A DNA stretch of 64,000 bases, from positions 139,128,001 to 139,192,000 of the forward strand of contig NC_043000.1 of assembly GCF_006345805.1 (NCBI RefSeq), in the 5' to 3' direction. The stretch comes from Octopus sinensis (Eukaryota). The notes under the pieces are model-generated. The model was not told the origin of the DNA and did no database searches. It worked only from the letters and a program-made list of their open reading frames with translations. A program made the translations under genes and the position numbers. Shown here one piece after another: positions 36,055-49,683 of the stretch. Within the stretch, counting starts at the first letter, position 1. Every line of letters starts with the position of its first letter.

Positions 36055-36255
36055 CATCCATCCATCCATCCATCTATACATACATACATACATACATGCA
36101 TGCATGCATGCATACATACATACATACATACATACATACATACATACATACATGCATGCATGCATGCATGCATACATGCATACATACATACATACATGCA
36201 TGCATACATACATACATGCATGCATACATACATATATACATACATACATGTGTAT
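35730..36255. repeat. Compound microsatellites (TA/TATG), (GATA), (CATC), (CATA/CATG)
   Basis: Direct reading. Confidence 0.95.
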
Positions 36256-36269
36256 ATTTCACAGAAAAC

Positions 36270-36510
36270 GCACCATTTGAGCATGGCCGATGCCAATGTT
36301 ACCTGATTGGCTCCCATGCCAGTGGCACATAAAAGGCAGCCACTACACTCTTGAAATGTTTGGCATTAAAAGAGGCATACAGCTGTAGAAACATGCCATA
36401 TCAGATTGGAACCTGGTGCAGCCTTCCTATCTACCAGTTCTCAGTGAAACCATCCAACCCATGCCAGCATGGAAAGCAGACATTCAATGACGATGATGGT
36501 GATGATGATA
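36270..36510 (+). mobile_element. Family D element (diverged)
   Basis: GTGGCACATAAAAGGCAGCC...GGCATACAGCTGTAGAAAC...CCAACCCATGCCAGCATGG...GATGAT. Confidence 0.7.
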
Positions 36511-36569
36511 TGTGTGTGTGTGTGTGTTTGTGTGTATATATGTATATGATGATGATGATGATGATGATG

Positions 36570-36800
36570 ATTTCTTTACTACCCACAAGGGGCTAAACAC
36601 AGAGGGGACAAATAAGGACAGACAAACAGATTAAGTCGATTCCATCGACCCCAGTGCGTAACTGGTACTTAATTTATCGACCCCAAAAGGATGAAAGGCA
36701 AAGTCGACCTCGGTGGTATTTGAACTCAGAACGTAACGGCAGACGAAATACGGCTTCGCATTTCGTCCGGCGTGCCAACGTTTCTGCCAGCTCGCCGCCT
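36570..36800 (-). mobile_element. SINE family C (monomer)
   Basis: Reverse-complement match including head GGCGGCGAGCTGGCAGAAACG. Confidence 0.9.
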
Positions 36801-37439
36801 TCATATACACATACACACACACACACATATATATACTCATAAATACATATGCATATATATATATGTGTACACATACACACACACACATATATAGACAGGG
36901 ATGTTGTCGGACACTGCAAGAAATGCAATTAAAAGTGAGGTGTACATATGTTGAATACTCAACAAAGGAATTTCTGGATTTGAAATGTCATTATACTATA
37001 TCAATAAATAGTCCAGAGAATTGAATAAGATGAGACAGAGAAATATAGTGTGATTGTGGTCTAAGTAAATGACTTAAGTGTTTGTGTTTATACACATGCA
37101 CATGTGCACATACATACATACATGCATACATACATGCATTAATACATACACACATGCATACATACATGCATACATACTTAGAGATATATGTGGAGAGCAA
37201 GGGAGAGAAAGAGAGTAACAGATAGAAATTAAAATAGACAGACAGATAAATAGATAGACAAACAGACAGATGGACAGAGAGACATGCAGACAAAAAGACA
37301 GATAGATAGGCAGATAGATAGATTGATGGATAGATAGATAGATAAATAGAGAGATAGAAACATACATACATAGAAGCATAAGCAGTGTGTTAAAATATTT
37401 GCTTCTGTCCTACACTGATTTGTGTACAATCACACAATA

Positions 37440-37727
37440 CTCTCTTTTATCTTCTTTAACTTGTTTCAGTCATTTGACTGTGCCCATGCTGGAGCACTGC
37501 CTTTAGTCTAGCAAATCGACCCCAGGACTTATTCTTTGTAAGCCTAGTACTTATTCTATCAGTCTCTTTTGCTGAACCGCTAAGTTGTTACGGGCATGTA
37601 AACACGCCTGCATCGGTTGTCAAGCGATGTTGGGGGGGGGACAAACACAGACACACAAACACACACATAGATATTTATATATATAATATATATATAAATA
37701 TTACTTGTATATATATACAATATTACT

Positions 37728-37770
<43 letters not shown>

Positions 37771-37886
37771 GAGGGTCTTCTTTCAGTTTCCGTTTACCAA
37801 ATCCACTCACAAGGCATTGGTCGGCCTGAGGCTATAGTAGAAGACACTTGCCCAAGGTGCCAGATAGTGGGACTGAACCCGGAACA
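37440..37886 (-). mobile_element. SINE family B (5'-truncated, expanded internal TA tract)
   Basis: Reverse-complement match to family B. Confidence 0.85.
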
Positions 37887-38134
37887 TATTGCTATATTTG
37901 GGCTTCTCATCCATTATTATATCTCTCTTCATTCATCATCTACTGATCACCTTTATTTCTATCAATCATAATCTCTCCCAAGATTGATTCTGTTTAACCT
38001 CTTTACCATACCTGTGGAATGAGTCTCAGCATCAGATCTGATTGCATCTTAAAAATGTCTAACTTACTCCAATATTTTCCAAAAATCTATTGTAATATTC
38101 CTTGGCCACTCTAGACACACTTTCAGCACTGATA

Positions 38135-38438
38135 TATAAATCACGTGACCGACCAGACCATCAGATGTTGCCACACATCGCTGGTCACAATGCGTTCGCA
38201 TTGTTTTAGCCTTTGAATGACGCCACCCCGCTGGCTAAGCGAGCAGGCCAACGGAAGAAAGAGTGGGAGAAAGAGTGGTGAAAGAGTACAGCAGGGATCA
38301 CCACCCCCTGCCGGAGCCTCGTGGAGCTTTTAGGTGTTTTCGCTCAATAAACACACACAACGCCCGGTCTGGGAATCGAAACCGCGATCCTCCGACCGCG
38401 AGTCTACTGCCCTAACCACTGGGCCATTGCACCTCCAC
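38135..38438 (-). mobile_element. SINE family A with tail type 3
   Basis: A head and body, then GCTTAGCCAGCGGGGTGGCG...CTGGTCGGTCACGTGAT tail not seen in other copies. Confidence 0.85.
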
Positions 38439-38671
38439 GATATATAAATATTCTCATTAATTCTTTGGTACATGTAACAGTCATCGTTGAAGATAAAGAT
38501 AATAGATAGGTCGTTGATATTCATATTTTCAGCTGGTCATCTATCTTTACTCCATTAACTACCAACTATAAACACTTACCAAGACATAGCCTCATCCCTA
38601 TGCTATTTAGTATGTTGAAATCAGTTCTAAGTATCTTCTGACACCGAGAATATAACCTGAATGCAGTTTAA

Positions 38672-38892
38672 CCCTTTAGTGTTTAAACCGGCCAAATCCG
38701 GCCCAATATATTCTATATGTTTTATATTCAAACTGGCAATATCTAGCCTCTCACTCCTAACCTACAATGCCATTCTGAAAATAAACAATCACATCATTGA
38801 AACCTCAAAGCTATAAGATAATGCATGATTAATTCAAAACAATTTGAGTGAAAAAGTATTACATTTAACAGAGTATTCTGAACACTAAAGGG
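38672..38892. mobile_element. piggyBac-type MITE (221 bp)
   Basis: TTAA|CCCTTTAGTGTT ... AACACTAAAGGG|TTAA: 12-bp perfect TIRs with CCC termini and TTAA TSD. Confidence 0.9.
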
Positions 38893-39555
38893 TTAAGATG
38901 ATCAAAGTTCATTAATTCTTCCTTGGCATTAATTTTTCCTTTTTCTGCAAATCCTAGCCATGTAACCTTGGCATTTCATCAACAGGATTGACAAGGACCG
39001 ACAGTGTTACAGACAGACTGTCACCAAGGAATATATCTATGGATGATCTAATTTTGTTTGCAGTTATAGTAGCTGCCTCAATCTTTATTGATAAGTGTAT
39101 GAACCATTTTTGCAAAGTCTTTTAATGGAATTGACAATAAGAGATGACCAGGTGTAGTGATGGTAATATTTATGAGTGATGGACAGAGTCAAATACATTT
39201 GTATAGTCTAACCATGTAGCCTTTGGCAGTGCTACTTTGCTTCATTAATGATAGAATTGTTGCATCAGGAACTGTTCATGTAAGAATGTGTGTGTGAGAG
39301 AGAGAGAAGATAAAAGAGAAGGGAGAGAAAGAGAGACAGAGAGTGTGAGTCTTCTTATGTATTTATTTTCTATAGGTGGTGTGTATCTGTGATCTTAGGA
39401 ATCTTTTAGCCATTTTATAGTATTACTGGCTAATTCGAATTTTCTTAACAAAATATTATTATAAATATTTTAATAAACCCTTATAATGTGATAGAATTTT
39501 TTTTCCTTTTGTTATTCCATGAAGAAGATAAATAATCATATTTAAGAAATATTTC

Positions 39556-39594
<39 letters not shown>

Positions 39595-40302
39595 TACTAA
39601 TTTATTTTTACCAATTTTGTAATTCCTTATATATTGCAGAAAACATTTTATTGGTTATCTTGCTTTTATTGTGTGACATTCTCTTTATATCAGATTGATA
39701 GTTTTTTTTTCTTTTATCATATGCTATATAAATGATTTTATTTTCATGTACTACTTATGTCTAAAAAATCTGGATAATCTGTTATTTTCTTCTTGTTTTT
39801 TTTTAATTCTCTCTCTCTCTTATGGATATATCTTTTATAATGGTTCTGAAACCCATCATTAAGAAACTGAAAGTGTATTTAAATTTGTTTATAATTTTTA
39901 TTGTTATTCTTATTATCATTTATCTATTTATTTTCATAATAAAAAATAACTAAATTTATTATTAACAAGGAAGAAAGAAATTTATTATTTTCAAAATAAT
40001 AAAGAAATAAATTTGCTTGATACGAACAATTATTTAATCACATTGGTATTTTGTTTTATTAGCCGAGAAAAAGCCCCAAACAAAACAAAAAAACAATGTG
40101 TCTTTCTAATTGAAAAAAAAGCATTATCTTTTAAGAACTATATAGTCTTTTTAATAGCACCTCTACTAAATATTAATTTATGTTTTGTATTGGAGTTTAT
40201 TTCACTAGAACACAAATTAAAACCATTTTCTTATTATCTCTTCCATGGAAACAAAATTTCACTATTTGTTGGAAGAAATCTTTTAATTTCACTTTTCTCT
40301 TT

Positions 40303-40591
40303 GTGGAAGCGCAATGGCCCAGTGGTTAGGGCAGTGGACTAACGTTCGGAGGATCACGGTTTCAATTCCCAGACTGGGCGTTGTGTGCGTTTACTGAGCG
40401 AAAACACCTAAACGCTCCACGAGGTTCCAGCAGGGGGTTGTGGAAACCCCTATTGTACTCTTTCTCTCACTCTCTTTTCCTGTTTCTTGAGTAACACTGC
40501 AATGGACTGGCGTCCCATCCAGCTGGGGGAAACAGATACATCACGGAAACCGGGCCTATGAGCCAGGCTAGGCTTGAAAAGAGCATAAAAA
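40303..40591 (+). mobile_element. SINE family A (tail type 1)
   Basis: TGGCCCAGTGG A box, GGTTTCAATTCC B box, tail ATGAGCCAGGCTAGGCTTGAAAAG. Confidence 0.85.
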
Positions 40592-40624
40592 ATTCTCTTT
40601 TTCACTGCCAGAGCATGACAAGCA

Positions 40625-40770
40625 TTGATGATGATGATGATGATGATAATGGTGGTGGTGGTGGTGGTGATAATGATGGTGATGATGATAATGATTGTGA
40701 CACCAACAAGGATGATGCTGAGGAGGAGGAGGATGAGGACAACACCAATGAGAACAATGATGGTGGCTTT
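40625..40770. repeat. Trinucleotide-rich tract (GAT/GGT/GAG)n
   Basis: Direct reading. Confidence 0.85.
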
Positions 40771-42524
40771 GGTATGAGGAAAATAAAAGGGAGATATAAT
40801 CCTCGAACAGGAGAACTTGCAAGAGAGTTTAGAACAGCATGGACTCTACAGAGGGCTCTCAGTTAACCAGGTGGTGGTGTTAAACTAGGTAATAGATTAC
40901 ATTAATCCTCGTATTCCAAATTCTCGGCTTTCACAACTTATTCTCTATCGTACTGGGAACTCATTCTACTGAGCCAATGACCAATGTTTCTATGCAAATG
41001 GTTCAGCACTGACAAATGAGACGCCAATTTGTGAATTACTCAAAATAGTGCTTGACTGGCTAATCCCATGATATAATCTGTTTAATTAGCAAATGAATGA
41101 TAACAATAATAATAAGAACAACAACAACAACAGTAACAGAAATAACAACTTTATCAGCATCATCATCATCATCATTGTTTGATATGCGATTAGCTTAGGA
41201 TTTATGCAGAACTAATTCTATTGTTCTTTTAATACATCTTGGCATTGGATCACTAAACAAATGTTTTTCCATCTCTTTCCTTCTGCTTCTAAATTACATT
41301 TCTCTTTCTTTCTCATTAATATCATTTTCATTGCCAATTTATAAACTAACAATTCTCTAACTTCTCTTGGTATATTATTACCAACACCACCATCTCCGCC
41401 ATCACCGTCATCATTTGACATCCCCTCTCCGTGCTGGCATTGTTTTTCTACAGTGGAATGCTCTTCCTAATATCAGTTCTTTTCTTGTTGCACCAACACT
41501 AGTGATGTCACTTTTCAGCTGGTAAGACTTAAAGATATAAATGGGTCCCCATAGCTGAAGGAAATTAGGAGAGAGAAAGAGAAAGAGCGAGGAATGATTT
41601 GAGATAAGATGATAAGAGAGAGAAGTATAATGAGAGGAACAGATTTATAATTGTGAGATTAAGGTTGTGAAGAGATTAATAGCTTAGTCACTACCAGATG
41701 GCGGGAGAATGGTGGGAGCAGGAGAAGGTATTAATGTCAATGGTTAGTGAGGAGGGAAAGGATAGAGAGGAAAGGGAGGTGAGGTCAATTGTGTAGTGAG
41801 GGGTCCAGGTTATGCCACATTATAAGGGCAAGCATGGGTGGAATATGTGAAAGGGAATGTGTAAAAGAGAAAATAGATGAGAGTGGCATGTGTCCAGAGA
41901 AGGGTGTTGGAAGAGAAGTGTGGTGTTCATGAGATAGAGGCCAGATAAGAGAGAAGGTAAGCTAGGAGAACAACAAAAGAAATAGGGGCAGAGAAGAAGT
42001 GATGGATGCTAGTGGATGAGTGAGTATCACAAGCTGTGAAATGAGAGGGTAATTACTGAAGTGAGCAGAGAGATAGAAAGAAGAGGGGAAGAAGGTACAA
42101 GTAGAGTGAAGAAGACAGACAAATGAAGACTCTTTCATATAATCCTAGTAAAGAATGCAGAGAACTAAGGGTAAGGATATTACATCAGATTCAGATCTGT
42201 GCCAAGATCAAGGATGTAAAGAGTGGTAGAAAATGAAGTCTTGGCAGGTAACAAATATACATTTGTATATATATATGTATATATATATATAATATATATA
42301 TGTATTGATATTTCTAAGTCTCTCTAAAGGAGACTACGGCAGCAGTACTGGATATTACCAGTTATTGCAAAGCTAATATGGCATTCCAGAAATATAGGAC
42401 GAATGCTGCCATTGATTAGCACCAAGAGGCCATTGCCTCTAGCTAGCTATGTGACACACGAACCTGTGTCCATTATAACCTTCAAACAGGAGAGGTCAAC
42501 TGCTTCCGCTTACTGGTCAGGCAT

Positions 42525-42565
42525 CTTCAGACTAGTTTCAGGGTATTTGCCCCTTATCAATGCAG
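42525..42565 (-). ncRNA. Degenerate Penelope-type minimal hammerhead ribozyme motif
   Basis: Minus strand CTGCA-TTGATAA-GGGG(CAAATA)CCCT-GAA-ACTAGT-C-TGAAG: stem I 4/5 paired, core decayed from CTGATGA, 4-bp stem II, palindromic stem III, GUC site. Confidence 0.55.
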
Positions 42566-43231
42566 AGCAGCCGAACCCAGCTGTTCGAAGGATTATTTTC
42601 CTAAATTCAGTGGAATGCACCTTTGCCCCCTGTTCATTGCTTACATCTTTCTGTCTTTTTGTATAGCCAGCTACCATCCCTAATTGATTTAGATTCTAAT
42701 TAGTGAGATTCCCTGACCACCAGTGGTACTCCCTTTCACCACATTGACTTCAATTTCATCTTCTCCCTTCCTCTCTCTGTTTCATCTGTTCATTTCCTCT
42801 GTCATAGAAATCATCCTCCTTCTCCCCTGCCTTTCATTTCTTCTCTACCTCTGTTCCTCTCCCTACACCACTTATATTCTCCTTCCCTTTCTTGCTTTTT
42901 GCTCTTATTCTTTCCTCCTCTCACACTTCAGCCTCTAAATCCCTGGCACTACTTTATGAAATGCTTTAGCCAAATTTCTCTTGATGAGGGGAACTGGACT
43001 TATTTTAATATGACTGTTTACTGGTTGTATTCCCAAGACTTCTTGTACATTCTGTCTACAAGTTACGAGCATTACAATTATTACATAAATCCAGGCTCCT
43101 TGAAACAGCTGTTGAGTAAAGTGGTTGTGTATTTTCTTCTTAATATTCTTTATCTTTTACACAGTATGTAAATGTGTATGTGTGTGTGTGTGTGTGCTTA
43201 CCTTTCAGAATATATGTAGATATATGTGTTT

Positions 43232-43465
43232 AAGGCAGCGAGCTGGCAGAATTGTTAGCACGCCGGCTGAAATGCGTAGCCGTATTTCTTCTGCCGTTAC
43301 GTTCTGAGTTCAAATTCCCCCGAGGTCGACTTTGCCTTTCATCCTTTCAGGGTCGATTAATTAAGTACCAGTTACACACTGGGGTCGATGTAATCGACTT
43401 AATCTGTTTATCTGTCCTTGTTTGTCCCCTCTGTGTTTAGCCCCTTGTGGGTAGTAAAGAAATAG
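43232..43465 (+). mobile_element. SINE family C (monomer)
   Basis: Full head to GTAGTAAAGAAATA end. Confidence 0.9.
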
Positions 43466-43710
43466 ATATATGTGTTTATGTATATCCATATGTATATTTT
43501 TCTGTGTATCTGTCGGCCTGTCTGTATATATGTCAAACCTAATTGTGTTTATTTGCATCACTACCTCCATATCAGCTCACCTTGAATTTCTCTCATAGCC
43601 ACTCTTGGCACCATGGACCAAGTCATGAATAAAGAATTTGGAGTTTAAATTCAAATTCATTTGATCTGTACTACATATTGAGCATTGTCTATATATACAC
43701 ACACACATAC

Positions 43711-43744
<34 letters not shown>

Positions 43745-43864
43745 ATTGTGTGTATGTGTATGCATGTATATATATATATATATATAAAGATAGAGATATA
43801 CACATATACCCAGATATATGTATATGTTTTTTCTTTCTATTTTTCTTCAGTGAATAGATTAACT

Positions 43865-43935
43865 AGTAAGATGCCATCATCATTGTCGTCATCCTCCTCA
43901 TCCTCCTCCTCCTCATCATCATCATCGTCATCATC
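43865..43935. repeat. (TCA/TCC)n tract
   Basis: Direct reading. Confidence 0.85.
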
Positions 43936-45144
43936 TTTTATCCTATTTAATTACTTGACTAGATATACTGATCTTGTCACACTTGTATCTCTCCCTCTCT
44001 CTTTCACTCTCTTTCATGCTCTGTTTCTCTCTTACCTTTATTATCTCGTTATGTTTCTGTTTGTTTTACTTCCCTTCCTTTTTCTCTCTTATTCCATCTC
44101 TCCATCAATGGATTGTTAGTACCAATCTTCAGTTAAAGGAATAATCATAGAGTGAAAAGACCAAGGAAATCAGGTGAAAAATTGAAAGTCCAACCCAAAG
44201 GTTGATGCTTTTGTATAACGTTGTCTAGCTGTAAAAACAGGTGTTATCTATATGAAAAATGGGTTTTGTTCTGTCGATGGAATGAAACAGACATATGTTT
44301 TCTCATTGTACTGAGAAATTATTTCATAGTACTGTCTTCTTCAAATTGATGCCATTTCATTCACAAGACTGCATTCTTGCTTGAAGAAAAAGCAAAATAG
44401 GTAAAGTACAATAAAAGATGTAGGAGAAGAAAAAAGAAAATTCTATAAAAGAAAATGTTAGGAAGAAATTATCGCCATTGATCACAAAATTGGCAAATAT
44501 AGACAAATATTTGAATGAAAGGGTCTGTAGACAATTACTGAAAGACTTCAACAATTGTTCTGAAATTACAAAACTTTCTTCTTTCCATAAATGTGTTTAA
44601 GATCTGTTCAACCTTGATTAAATATGAAAATATGAAATTTATTTCTCTCACTAGTTTTGTCTGCTGTTTATTCCAGTATGGGTTATATTATTCAGCTAAT
44701 TTACATTTTCCTATGCTGTGCTGGAGCAGATTTTTGTTTTGTTAATAGAAATGGTTAACTGTTTGTTTGCTAGTGAATTCCTTTCCTGGACACTTTTTTG
44801 CCATTGCTGGAGAAATCTAATTGTAGTATATAGTAAATCACTTTTAAAAATTAATTGGTGCGTTTTTCAATGTAGTTTACACATTTATTTTTCTCAACCA
44901 CAGAAATGAAACACATATCCCAATTGTTTTCAAGGATAGGCTGAAAGTTTTTATTTCCGTGAATTAACGAGCAAAACATGATAGGGTGTAAGAATGAATA
45001 TGAAGTAGAATTATTTAGTTGTTTGTTTTGTTTAATCACCATATACAAGGCCATGGTGGAGCATTTGGATCAAAGTTGATGCTGATATTTAAGTGAATAT
45101 TTATACAATGATACTGTCATTGGTATTTATATATGTGTATATGT

Positions 45145-45531
45145 GTGGAGGTGCAATGGCCCAGTGGTTAGGGCAGTGGACTCACAGTCATAGGATCGTG
45201 GTTTCAATTCCCAGACCGGGCATTGTGAGTGTTTATTGAGAGAAAACACCTAAAGCCCCACGGAGCTCCAGCAGGGGATGGTGGCAAACCCTGCTGTACT
45301 CTTTCACCACAACTTTCTCTCACTCTTACTTCCTGTTTCTGTTGTGCCTGTAATTCAAAGGGCCGGCCTTGTCACATTCTGTGTCACGCTGAATATCCCC
45401 GAGAACTACGTTAAGGGTACACATATCTGTGGAGTGCTCAGCCATTTGCACATTAATTTCACGAGTAGGCTGTTCCATTGATCGGATCAACTGGAACCCT
45501 CGTCGTCGTAAGCGATGGAGTGCCAACAAAA
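45145..45531 (+). mobile_element. SINE family A with tail type 2
   Basis: A head and body, then AAGGGCCGGCCTTGTCAC...GGAACCCTCGTCGTCGTAA tail shared with 60281. Confidence 0.85.
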
Positions 45532-45959
45532 AGAATATGTGTGTATGTCTGTGTGTGAACATGTGTGACCTTTGGTTAGTGTCCAGCTCTTGACCGTAAG
45601 GTAGCATGTTCAATTGATGGAGCAGGTGGTGCATTGTATTCCTGAGCAGAGTAGTTCATTTCATGTTGCTCCCGTCTCATCAGTTGAAATAAATACCAAC
45701 CAGGAACTGGTGCCTTACTCTCTCTCTCTCTCTCTTTTAGCTGTTACATCTTGGAGGTTCCACTGTATCAAAGGTGAGGAAGTGAAATGTTTCATTTGTA
45801 AGCAATGACTTAGTTGTAGTAAGATTTATATGAATTTAGGGTGAGTGAATGTTGAAATTTCAAATTTCAGGCACATATCAATATAAATTACAATATTTTA
45901 TTCATGCATACAAAAAATATAAAATTATGAAAGTAAATTGATCTTGTAGCATAAATGTT

Positions 45960-46500
45960 TTAATGTGTGGCATAAATATATCCTACATGTGATATCAGCA
46001 TACATGACATAACTGTATCACATATGTGACATAATATACCACACACAATACAAATCTGTCATACATTTGACAAATTTACCTCTGATAAAAATGCATCATA
46101 CATAAGCAGATATATCACACATGAGACAAATTTATCATACACATGAAACTAAGATATCAAACACGTGATATAATATATCATGTATGTGATAACATTAATA
46201 TTAAATATAATGATAATATATCATACATGAGTCACAAATAAATCATACACAAGCAGATATATCACATACAAGACAAATTTATTTTACATATGAAATTGAG
46301 GTATCAAACACATGATATGATATATCTTGTCATGTGATAACATAAAATACCTATGTGATGATAATATATGATACATGTGACATAAAAGTATTGCATGAGA
46401 AACATAAATATACATATACTATATGTGGCATGATATACATGGGAGACAAATATCTCATAAATCTAACATAAATATATCATACAAAGCATCAATATCTTGA
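45960..46500 (+). repeat. Decayed AT-rich tandem repeat with ~147-bp higher-order period
   Basis: ATCATACA(T/C)AAGCAGATATATCACA...GACAAATTTAT...TGTGATAACAT starts at 46095 and 46242. Confidence 0.65.
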
Positions 46501-47044
46501 CATTTCATAAGTAAATTTATCCATCAATTCATAATTAAAATTATTTATTTTGAACTAGAGTTGTTGTTGCATTTTAAGTCAGCACTTCAGTTTACTAAGA
46601 TATTAATTATGCAATTAATTAATTATGTTTATATTGATTACGGTTTGTTGAACTAAAATGGCAAATTGACAAAGATGAGAAAGTTTTGAAAAGAATGGCT
46701 TGTAGTACTTACTGAGCTCTCTGTGCTTTGAGTTCAAATGATGTCAAAGCCAGCTTTGCATTTCATCCTTTTGGGGTTGATGTAAAAATACCGATGGTGG
46801 GCAGCGGATTGATCGAACTGTTTAAGAGTTGGGCAAGATGTCAAATGGCATCTATTTTGACTCTGCATTTTGAGAGAGCATTTGGAGGAACTCTGGTTCC
46901 GTGTTATATCATCTAGTCAGCAATGTTCCTTGTGAAAGTGAAAACATGTCCTCCATGGGCCGCTACCAGTCTCCCTTAGAACATGTATTACCTAGGCCTG
47001 AGCATACATGTGCAGAAGCATGGGGAAACTTGACTGAAGCTGAG

Positions 47045-47059
47045 AGGATGATGATGATT

Positions 47060-47094
<35 letters not shown>

Positions 47095-47235
47095 AGTGAT
47101 AACGATGAGGATATGGAGGAGAATGATAATGATGATTACGATGATGATGATGATGCTGTTGATGATGATGATGATGATGACAATGATGTAAAGATGATGA
47201 CAACAACAATGATGCCAATGAAGATGATGATGACA
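47045..47235. repeat. (GAT)n-rich tract
   Basis: Direct reading; explains poly-M/D/H ORFs. Confidence 0.9.
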
Positions 47236-47399
47236 TACTTAGTTTACTTATTATCGATATATCTAGGATGTGTTCAGCTGTTGGTTCATTTAGACACTAA
47301 ACGGTTGACCAGTTATATCTATAACAAAATATTTAGTGAGAAGTAGATGTGTAGACACTAAGAACGAAGTTATTAATTGGGAAACATTTATTTTCCTTA

Positions 47400-48245
47400 G
47401 CTATGTTGTGAACGGTTTTCTTAATTACAACAGAAAATTGGAACTTGAAGTTTCCATTGATGAAGCTCCACACACAAGACTTTGGAAGAGCTGAGTTCTG
47501 TGATTGATGAACCTTACTCAAATGTATTGGAAAGATATCATACACTTAAAATCCTGGTAGTGAAGAGAACATCTTATTACAGTTAACTTGTGATGAAAAG
47601 TGGATTCTGTTCAATAAAAAAAAACTTTCTTTACAGTGTTTGGACCAAAATGAAGCCCTGAGAACCTTCTCTAAACCTGATCTCTTCAAAAAGAAGATTA
47701 TGGTGACTGTTTGGTGGTGTACTGCTGGACTCATCCACTATAACTTCTTAAAACCTGGAAAAAAAAATCATTACTGCAAAAACATATTGCCATGAACTTG
47801 CCAAAATGAATGAAAAACTACTACTTCTCCATCCCAGACTGGTCAACAGAATAGGGCCAATCATTCTTCATGACAATGCTCGACCACACGTTTCACTAAT
47901 GATGCTCCAGAATTTGAGGAAACTCGGCTATGAAGTTCTTCCCCACCCAGCTTATTCCCAAAACCTTTCTCTTACCAACTACCACTTTTTGAAACACCTT
48001 GATGGATTCTTGCAAGAGAAAGAATTAAAAAACTAAACAGATCCTGAAAGTGCATTCAAAGACTTCATCAGCTCCAGAACTCCAGATTTTTTTGTTACCA
48101 GAATAAACAAACTTGTAACTTGTCGGCAAATATGTGTTAATTGTAATGGTATTTGCTTTGATGAATAAAATTTCTGCATTGTTGAAATATATTGTGATGA
48201 ATTTCATGTATCAAAACGTTACTTACTTTTTACTCATCCATATAG
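47400..48245 (+). mobile_element. Decayed mariner (D34D) transposase, 3' two-thirds
   Basis: VTCDEKWILF, KKIMVTVWWCTAGLIHYNFLKPG, PIILHDNARPHVS, VLPHPAYSQNLSLTNYHFLKHL; degenerate 3' TIR near 48215-48242. Confidence 0.9.
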
Positions 48246-48355
48246 AATACAATGTTCTATGATGTATACTTTATTCATTTATAACAATGATATTGACAGT
48301 TATTTCTAAAGATGAATAAATTTCTACATGAAATGAGTTATTTATTATACAAATT

Positions 48356-48781
48356 TACTCTTACTCTCTCTTTTACTCTTTTACTTGTTTCAGTCATGTG
48401 ACTGTGGCCATGCTGGAGCACTGCCTTTACTCAAGCAAATCGATCCCAGGACTTATTCTTTGTAAGCCTAGTACTTATTCTATCAGTCTCTTTTGGTGAA
48501 CCGCTAAGTTACAGGAGCATAAGCACACCAGCATCGGTTGTCAAGCGATGTTGGGGGACAAACACACATACACAAACATATACACACACTCACATATATA
48601 TATATATACATATATACGATAGGCTTCTTTCAGTTTCCAATAGCAAATCCACTCACAAGGCTTTGGTTGGCCCGAGGTTATTGTAGAAGACACTTGCCCA
48701 AGATGCCACACAGTGGGACTGAACCCGGAACCATATGGTTCGTAAGCAAGCTACTTACCACACAGCCACTCCTATGCCTAT
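48356..48781 (-). mobile_element. SINE family B
   Basis: Reverse-complement match to family B. Confidence 0.9.
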
Positions 48782-48879
48782 TGACTATATTTTAAAATCT
48801 TTTGATTCAGCTGTTTGTACCAAGTAATTCAGCATGGGATAAAATATATACAAAATTATTCTTTGAAACATATCTAGGT

Positions 48880-49045
48880 ATTGAACTGGCAGAATGGTTA
48901 CTGTGCTGGGGAAAATGTTTAGCAGCATTTCATCCATCTTTACAGTCTGAGATAAGATGCCACAGGGGTCAACTTTTCCTTTCATCCTTTTGGGATCCAT
49001 AAAATAAGTACCAGTTGAATACTGGAGCTAATGTAATCGACTTAC
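48880..49045 (+). mobile_element. Diverged SINE-C fragment
   Basis: CTGGCAGAATGG...TTTCATCCTTTTGGGATCCATAAAATAAGTACCAG...TAATCGAC. Confidence 0.65.
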
Positions 49046-49279
49046 ACCCTCCAATAATCTTTCTGGCCTTATACTAAAACTTGAAACTGTTATTTGAAAT
49101 GCTTATTTACTTGGTTTACCATACACAGTATTTATTTGAGCAGGTTATCTGAATGCCTCTTTGTATACAGTCTTTAAATCTTGTAATAAAAATAGTACTA
49201 TAATCCATGATTTTGATGAACTGGAGCAGTCTATCTCCCACATTCTCTCTCTTTCCTTATTCATGGTTCAACTTTACAT

Positions 49280-49683
49280 GTACTCTTTTACTTGTTTCAA
49301 TCATTTGACTGTGGCCATGCTGGAGCATCGTCTTTAGTCGAGCAAACTGACCCCAGAATTTATTCTTTGTAAGCTTATTACTTATTCTATCGGTCTCTTT
49401 TGCCGAACCTCTAAGTTACAGGGATGTAGACACACCAGCATTGGTTGTCAAGTGATGTTGGGGGGCACAAACACAGATACACAAACACACACACAAATTT
49501 ATATACATATCCATATATATGACAGGCTTCTTTCGGTTTCTGTCTATCAAATCCACTCACAAGGCTTTGGTCAGCCTGAGGCCATAGTAGAAGACAGTTG
49601 CCCAAGGTGCCACGCAATGGGACTGAACCTGGAACCATATGGTTCGTAAGCAAAATACTTACCACACAGCCACTCCTGCACCT
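49280..49683 (-). mobile_element. SINE family B
   Basis: Reverse-complement match to family B. Confidence 0.9.

Noticed and set aside
38580-38656. Minus-strand 77-nt exon candidate with GTAAGT donor
   Set aside because: Weak polypyrimidine tract, no recognisable peptide, no partner exon.
40558-40866. ORF with Asp/Gly/Glu runs and a unique-looking C-terminus
   Set aside because: Starts inside a SINE-A tail and is kept open by trinucleotide repeats; no splice signals or homology recognised.
44424-44745. Open + strand frame of about 107 codons without a start codon
   Set aside because: No motif recognised and poor acceptor context; plausible by chance or as unrecognisable TE debris.
46901-47346. 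Poly-Met, poly-Asp and poly-His ORFs
   Set aside because: Translations of a (GAT)n tract.
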